A stretch of DNA of 64,000 bases from an uncultured Gammaproteobacteria bacterium. GTDB taxonomy: Bacteria; Patescibacteriota; Microgenomatia; Woykebacterales; RBG-16-39-9b. The notes below the pieces were generated by a model. It was not told the origin of the DNA, made no database searches, and was given only the letters and a program-made list of their open reading frames with translations. The position numbers were made by a program, and so were the translations under genes. The stretch lies in NCBI GenBank assembly GCA_964367355.1, contig CAYIWY010000005.1:19133-83132 (forward strand), written 5' to 3'. Shown one piece after another: positions 60,554 through 64,000 of this stretch (the stretch's first letter is position 1; every line of letters starts with the position of its first letter).

Positions 60554-61174
60554 TCATTTTGGGGTCATTTCTTCAATTGCAAAGTTAACTCCAAATGCCC
60601 AGGAGCCATCACTGTCGGTATAACGGGTCATTATGGCTTCAGGAGTATTCAAACCACGGTCTATGTAATCGGTTTTTAGGCCTTTGGCTACTGTTTCGAT
60701 GGCAAACTGCCAGTCATGAAATTTAGCACCTGAATTGGTTCCGGTATAAATTGCCCAACCAAAGGCGTTATGGGATCCTTGAGGCATTCTTTTGCCCAAT
60801 GTAGATTCCTGGAAAGCAATTGCTGGGATAAGTCGATAATCAAGGCTGTATTTGTCCGCCTCAGAAACAAATATCTTTCCTAAACCACTCATGGGTGAAT
60901 TGTGTTTGGCGAGAAAATTGTCGATTATTACCGGGCGGCTATCAGATCTCCCGATTGACGATAATGAATTACCCTTATCCTGAGAAGCAGCGTAGTAAGA
61001 ATCGATTGGAGAATTGATAATATTTTTACCTTCTATTTTGAATTCTTCTGGTATTTGTTGACTGCCGTTATTTGTGGCTAAGGCAGTAAAATTTGAAAAA
61101 AGAAAAATAATACCACCAAGTATTAAAAAACCAAAAAAGGAAAAAATAAGCAGGTTTCTTTTCATTGACATCAA
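60554..61174 (-). CDS. secreted GH73-like glucosaminidase-domain protein (paralog)
   Basis: LIPAIAFQESTLGKRMPQGSHNAFGW...; paralogous to upstream gene. Confidence 0.45.
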   Translation of the reverse strand: MMSMKRNLLIFSFFGFLILGGIIFLFSNFTALATNNGSQQIPEEFKIEGKNIINSPIDSYYAASQDKGNSLSSIGRSDSRPVIIDNFLAKHNSPMSGLGKIFVSEADKYSLDYRLIPAIAFQESTLGKRMPQGSHNAFGWAIYTGTNSGAKFHDWQFAIETVAKGLKTDYIDRGLNTPEAIMTRYTDSDGSWAFGVNFAIEEMTPK

Positions 61175-61259
61175 TCCTAAAGCAGAAATATATTTTTGTC
61201 AAAACCTAGTTTTCCGATAAAGCCTAGTTTTTTTAGTTGTTTTGTGCTAAAAGTGAGCC

Positions 61260-61700
61260 ATGACGAAGTTTTCTGCGCTGGATCCAGAAGAAGCTCGAAA
61301 AATCGAGAAAAAAGCACTTGAGCAATTTGCTCCTGGACTCGAGAAAGAGCTAGAAAAAGAAAAAGCAATCCCAACCAAGGTACAACCTCTTTTTATAGTA
61401 AAATCAATTTTTCCCTTCCAACTTTTTCCTGATGAACTCCAAATATATAAAGATAAAGTTACTCTTATAACTCGCTTAGGGCCGGGAATGGAAAAAATTC
61501 GCCATCTGCATTTGCAAGAAATTGCTCAACTTGAGGCTGATTGTGGACCAATTTTCGGACATCTTCATATAATCCCAAAATTACGAACAGAAGAGACGAT
61601 GTTAATTGATCGCCTGAGCCGAAAACAAGCTCTAGAGGCAAGGGAGTTTATTGAGGATTTGATCGATAAACCCAAGGAAATTAAAGAGTCGACTTTTTAG
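61260..61700 (+). CDS. hypothetical protein
   Basis: 146-aa ORF; followed by hairpin ggaagggaaagaaagttctttccctttcc. Confidence 0.35.
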   Translation: MTKFSALDPEEARKIEKKALEQFAPGLEKELEKEKAIPTKVQPLFIVKSIFPFQLFPDELQIYKDKVTLITRLGPGMEKIRHLHLQEIAQLEADCGPIFGHLHIIPKLRTEETMLIDRLSRKQALEAREFIEDLIDKPKEIKESTF

Positions 61701-61973
61701 CTTTTTTAGAATTTTCTTCAAACTTTTCTTAAAAAAGCTGCTTTCAAGAAAAGGAAGGGAAAGAAAGTTCTTTCCCTTTCCTATGCCTCCTTGCCTAACG
61801 TCATCGCTTTTCTTAAATAGTAAGTTGAACGATTTATGGTTGTCAAACAACTATCTAATTATCAATTTAAGTTTTTTGTTGGGTAAAATAACCAGACTGA
61901 AATGTTCGGTCGAGACACTTGAATACAAGTGTATAATGCAGCATAACTAGGCGAAATTAGACAAGGAGAAGAG

Positions 61974-62327
61974 GTGATGGAGAGTTGGCTGTGGTGGGCC
62001 CTGGGTATCAGTTGGCTGCCAGTCGGGTATGTTGGTTCTCGACTCCTGGTAGTTCTGATTAGATTTATGAACTTCATGTCCGAACGAGAAGGAGAGCAGA
62101 AAACAATCAGTGGGGTGAACACTATCGAGGATGTCTTCTTTTTTTTCGTTGGTATTGCTCTCGGCTATATAACACTGGGATTTTTCCTGTTTTTCGGGGC
62201 TATTATTGCCTTGACTTGGCCAGGTCTTGGACTAATTGCCTTAGTAGGGATTATAGAAGAGAGAACCCATTTTTTCTTGAATCTCGGTCGTAGGGTCGAC
62301 AAATTTGTTAGGAAATTTGCCAAATGA
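61974..62327 (+). CDS. small membrane protein, hypothetical
   Basis: 117 aa, 3 predicted TM. Confidence 0.35.
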   Translation: MMESWLWWALGISWLPVGYVGSRLLVVLIRFMNFMSEREGEQKTISGVNTIEDVFFFFVGIALGYITLGFFLFFGAIIALTWPGLGLIALVGIIEERTHFFLNLGRRVDKFVRKFAK

Positions 62328-62455
62328 GTACGAAGTTCGTGCTTCGAGACGTAACAATCAGTTGCGTCTCTCTTTTTTTAATGTGAGACTATACCGATGT
62401 AGAACCAGACAGGCGTTACTTTAGCAATTAAACACCTTAAGAGAGTTTCCCTCAG

Positions 62456-62722
62456 TTAATGTTTCTTTCCCAAAGCCTCAAAAACCTCGTCTTCACTAAA
62501 ACCCCAGGTCACAATAAGAGTTTTAACTAAAGCTTTTTGAAAGTGCTTGTCTCTCTTAATATCGTGGGGGAATACAAAAAACGGTCTTGCACCGTCTGTA
62601 GGGGTTTTAGTTGGGTGTTTAAACTTATATTGGTGGTTGCCACCGTTTGCGTCAGAAAAACCTAACTTTACTAAGGCTTTAACAAACTTCTTAGCGTCAA
62701 AATCTGGAATGTCGGTACGCAT
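62456..62722 (-). CDS. HicA-like toxin (YcfA family), tentative
   Basis: 88 aa; KKFVKALVKLGF...HQYKFKHP...FVFPHDIKRD...; downstream of HicB-like gene. Confidence 0.45.
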   Translation of the reverse strand: MRTDIPDFDAKKFVKALVKLGFSDANGGNHQYKFKHPTKTPTDGARPFFVFPHDIKRDKHFQKALVKTLIVTWGFSEDEVFEALGKKH

Positions 62723-62730
62723 TGTAGATA

Positions 62731-63054
62731 CTAAGCTGGAATAAGTACGGGGTTAGAAACCAGTCTAACCGATTCTTGTCTTGATTTCATTTCTTTACCT
62801 TCAAACAAGTTCTCTGACTGGTAGGATAAAATAATACTTTTTTGTAATTCACTAGGAATATCGAAATAATCAAACACAGCTGACTTAAAATTTATACTTG
62901 CTTCATTTAAAGTATCACCTTGAGCAAAACAACCAGGTAAGTTAGGTGAATCTACCCAGAAACCACCTTTATCAGAGGCGTGAAAGGTGACGTCTGCGGG
63001 AAGTTTGGAAGCTAAGTCTTTAATTTCGGAAGGTAAGTTTTTTTGGGGGTTCAT
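62731..63054 (-). CDS. HicB-like antitoxin (UPF0150)
   Basis: 107 aa; GGFWVDSPNLPGCFAQGDTLNEASINFKSAV matches the HicB N-terminal domain pattern. Confidence 0.55.
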   Translation of the reverse strand: MNPQKNLPSEIKDLASKLPADVTFHASDKGGFWVDSPNLPGCFAQGDTLNEASINFKSAVFDYFDIPSELQKSIILSYQSENLFEGKEMKSRQESVRLVSNPVLIPA

Positions 63055-63157
63055 AGTTAACTCCTTTATAGTAAGTTTACTATATCAACTCTGTCAACTA
63101 GGAACCGACCACTAATAATTTTAATTAATTTGGCATCAAAAATTGAGGTTAAAAAAC

Positions 63158-63307
63158 ATGGAGCTCCAGACAGGGCGTTTAGTCTTCTTAGCCGCAGGAC
63201 GCTTTAGCGATCTAATTGAACTAATTGAGGCTGTTAAGAAAATCTCCTATCCTGCACTAGTTTTGAAAGAAGGTTCCTACTTGCTAGAAGCTGGAAGTTA
63301 GGGAGTA
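63158..63307 (+). repeat. copy 1 of an about 150-bp degenerate direct repeat encoding a small ORF (49 aa, MELQTGRLVFLAAGRFSDLIELIEAVKKISYPALVLKEGSYLLEAGS)
   Basis: aligns at about 70% with 63755-63880 (MCQFEANNIGSPEWTLLELFQTVRQISHPILVLKETLYFIK). Confidence 0.5.
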
Positions 63308-63763
63308 GATTGGCCATATAATAGCGAAAGCCAAAAACAAAAACCCGACGAAAAATAAAGCGGGACCAAATATAGTACTCCACAACAAGCTGTTTTTTAC
63401 AATTTCTTTTTTCTTTTCTTTTTTGTAAAGATAAAAGGAATATGCAGAATTTAATATTGGCAAAATAGCTGCGAGCAAAACTTCTAGGTAAAAAGGTATT
63501 AGGTTAAATACCCCTATCCTTAATTCTGAGTAAGTTGAATATAATTTGGAAAACCAAAAAATGAAAAAGAGTCCACAATAACAGATTGATATTATTACAG
63601 AAATAAAAGAAACTATTTTTGCAGTTTCCATTTGCGATTCTATGTTAACTGGAATAGGTACATTGGATTGATCAAAAGGTTTTGGATTCTGAGATTGTTG
63701 CGTCTGTTCACTAATCACTTGTTCCATCTTTTTAATTATGACTTTTGAATGTGTATGTGTCAA
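63284..63763 (-). CDS. membrane protein, hypothetical (4 TM)
   Basis: 159-aa ORF, hydrophobic. Confidence 0.4.
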   Translation of the reverse strand: MTHTHSKVIIKKMEQVISEQTQQSQNPKPFDQSNVPIPVNIESQMETAKIVSFISVIISICYCGLFFIFWFSKLYSTYSELRIGVFNLIPFYLEVLLAAILPILNSAYSFYLYKKEKKKEIVKNSLLWSTIFGPALFFVGFLFLAFAIIWPIYSLTSSF

Positions 63764-64000
63764 TTTGAGGCTAATAATATTGGGTCTCCAGAGTGGACAC
63801 TGCTAGAACTTTTCCAGACTGTTAGACAAATCTCACACCCCATTCTAGTTTTAAAAGAAACGCTGTACTTTATTAAGTAAAAAAAGAAGCTCCTAGTTTT
63901 CTAAACTGGAGCTTCGCAGGCCTTCTGGTGTAAGTTTCCAGTTGTTAGCAAAGGTCCGCCAGTTATCAAAAGTTGTTCTTGGTTTTAAAGTCAGCTGATA

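Overview
This 64-kb window is from an AT-rich bacterial chromosome (genes about 37-40% GC, standard genetic code, no rRNA). The gene set is reduced and looks Patescibacteria/CPR-like, but I cannot confirm the lineage from sequence alone.

Recognisable core genes, in order: two PadR regulators, an HD-domain dNTPase-like gene, a DUF192 protein, a secreted thermonuclease, dinB, an IS200-like/RAYT transposase, a speH-like gene, an M23 peptidase, a xerC/D-family recombinase, glyA, a 7TM-PAS histidine kinase, gyrA, gyrB and a short holB-like gene. Then comes a roughly 13.5-kb type IV pilus supercluster (pilB, pilT, pilC, a pilin-like gene, pilD, two pilins, minor pilins, a PilX-like gene, pilM, pilN, pilO) interrupted by a hicBA pair. 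After that: trmD, a KH-domain gene, rpsP, rnc, an ACP-like gene, nusB, rpmF, recG, tyrS, a PBP1A, pheT, pheS, rplT, rpmI, infC, tsaC, thrS, tRNA-Val, clpP, a LiaF-like gene, a cytidylyltransferase, tRNA-Leu, gatD-murT, two GH73-like hydrolases and a second hicBA pair.

Interspersed GC-rich islands (50-57% GC) carry unknown genes. One island holds a roughly 1.2-kb ORF-free region on the minus strand, bounded by a consensus sigma70 promoter and a strong intrinsic terminator. I consider this a candidate large structured ncRNA and the most interesting signal in the window.

The second main signal is a set of small palindromic repeats. An 11-nt palindrome GTGTC(A/T)GACAC flanks the RAYT gene, and copies of it sit inside the pilD and pilin-like coding sequences. 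A separate 60-nt element occurs twice: once in-frame inside pilD and once in the spacer upstream of the major pilin gene. pilD is also flanked by inverted TTGATAC-type repeats.
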